In this document: positions 62,373-64,000 of the stretch, piece by piece
How the letters are laid out: each line of letters opens with the position of its first letter
Numbering within the stretch: position 1 is the stretch's first letter
From: Lepidodermella squamata
Taxonomy: Eukaryota; Animalia; Gastrotricha
Assembly (NCBI GenBank): GCA_047495785.1
Contig: JBLDXI010000032.1
Coordinates: forward strand, 3,162,001 to 3,226,000
Length of the DNA: 64,000 nucleotides
Reading direction: 5' to 3'
Notes under the pieces: generated by a model
Seen by the model: the letters and a program-made list of their open reading frames with translations, nothing else
Databases searched by the model: none
What the model was told of the DNA's origin: nothing
Translations under genes and position numbers: made by a program

Positions 62373-64000
62373 ATGCACTTCGTAAGGTTTCTTGGCCTCT
62401 TACTTGGGTTGGCGCTCTTCGCTTGTTTAACTAATACTAAATTGATACTGGTAAGGTGTCCTGAACAGAGAGATCCAATCTGTCGCATTATGCCTTTCAT
62501 AGAGCGGAGATAGCGGTACATGCTCCAATGGGAAAACGATCAGACAAGTTGACATCTGCGATAGCTACACTGATTGTCCAGATGAAAGTGACGAAATGGA
62601 CTGCCCGTGCACGGATGCCCAGTTCCGCTGCAATAACACACGCTGTGTTTCGAAAAGGCAAGCAGTCTTGATAAGCGTGATGGTCTTGTTACTAATCGAC
62701 TCAATCTATTCAGTTTTTTATGTGACGGCAACAAGGCATGCAGTGATGGCAGTGACGAGTGGGATTGCCCGCCCTGTGCTGCTGACGAATTTCGATGCCC
62801 TAGCACCAAGTGCATCAAAGAAACCCAGCGCTGTGATGGCTTAGCCGATTGTATTGGTGGAGAGGATGAAGCTAACTGTTCATGTGAGTAAATGAGCAGT
62901 TAAAAGAATGTAGCAAGAAACAAGAATGTTGTTTAGCATGCGGGCCACGTGGATTTCACTGTCAGAATGACTTTTGTTTAACGGCCGCTTGGCTATGCGA
63001 TGGCGACGACGATTGCAGAGATGGCTCTGCGAGTGATGAAGATCCAACGATGTGCAAAACCTACACTTGCCCAGAAGACCGATTCCATTGCAGCGACAAT
63101 AAATGCATTCCAAAATCCAGGCTCTGCGATGGCATTCTCAATTGCGCGGATGATGAATTTCAAAATTGTAACTGCACGGCGGACCAGTTTGAATGCAAGG
63201 TTCGGAAACAGTGCCTACCGGGAAAGAGTTACCTGTGCGATGGTCAAAAGGATTGCCTCGACGGTACCGATGAACTTGACTGCGAAACGGTAAATTCCAT
63301 TTATTAATGCAACGAGTAACAATTTGCATACTTTATCAGTGCCCACTACCGGGTTACTTTCACTGCGAAAATGTTACCAAGTGCATACCTGAGTGGTAAA
63401 ATGTTTAAAGAGAACTCGCCCGATTCCTAACGTATACTCTCTTCTTACCAAGGAAATACTGCGATAAAGTCGATGACTGTGGTGACGGCAGCGATGAGCG
63501 TTGTGATGAATGCCCTGCATCTTCCAAGTTCAAATGTACCAATTCTACTAAATGCATCTCTAAAAGGTTAGGAATATTACCTGAAATAGTATATATGCGT
63601 AATTTCTCCTTTTAGCTATCGATGTGATGGTGATCGCGTATAGCCTTGCCGATTTTTCGTTATTCAAATTACGTTGATTACTTTGATAGGATTGCGGGTA
63701 TAACGACATATCTGACGAAATTGACTGCCCACCATGCCCGGAATTTACCTGTGTCAGCAATGGAAAATGCATAAAGAATGCTGTTGTTTGTGACAGCTCG
63801 TCAGATTGCGCGGATAGCTCGGATGAAAAAAATTGCTCAGGTTTCTTTTTATTAATCATGGCATGTCCCTAGACCAATCAGATTCGATTCACAGCATGTG
63901 CTGCAAGCGGATTCCTATGCCCCGACAAACGTTGCATTCCAGCTTCGTACCAGTAGGCCTATCGCCACCTGATAGTTTTAAGCGTTTTTCATGTTTGATT
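62373..64000 (+). CDS. Secreted LDLa repeat protein, paralog 3 (runs off the window end)
   Basis: [19 protein letters not shown] signal exon; exons colinear with paralog 2; GC-AG intron at 62658-62713. Confidence 0.87.

Noticed and set aside
1-64000. Prokaryotic systems (CRISPR arrays, operons, defence islands)
   Set aside because: Spliceosomal introns and metazoan gene families throughout; no repeat-spacer arrays seen.

Overview
Eukaryotic (invertebrate-type) genomic DNA with very short AT-rich GT-AG introns (~50-60 nt); the species cannot be named from sequence alone. The window is a tandem gene-family array. It holds six full-length TRPM-like cation-channel genes on the + strand: four with an N-terminal Cys/His cluster and a C-terminal coiled coil, and two more divergent copies lacking both. 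Copy 4 carries a 1-nt frameshift, and a decayed seventh partial copy is also present. Three single-exon genes for secreted, extremely Asp-rich proteins lie on the - strand, each tail-to-tail with a TRPM copy, and share a C-terminal (F/L)YPTS(N/K)R motif. There are three paralogous genes for secreted proteins made almost only of ~19 LDL-receptor class A repeats, one inverted within the array and two at the right end. The window also has an intronless secreted five-domain stefin/cystatin-like gene and a compact cdc25 phosphatase. Intergenic and intronic DNA carries many small transposons: Sola1-like, piggyBac-like, a nested Tc1/mariner, a CR1-like LINE fragment, a probable tyrosine-recombinase remnant, and 5S- and tRNA-derived Pol III heads. 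The most notable feature is the co-duplicated 'TRPM channel + acidic secreted protein' unit, clustered with Ca2+-binding LDLa-only proteins. It is a candidate ion-delivery/mineral-matrix module, but that function is inference only.
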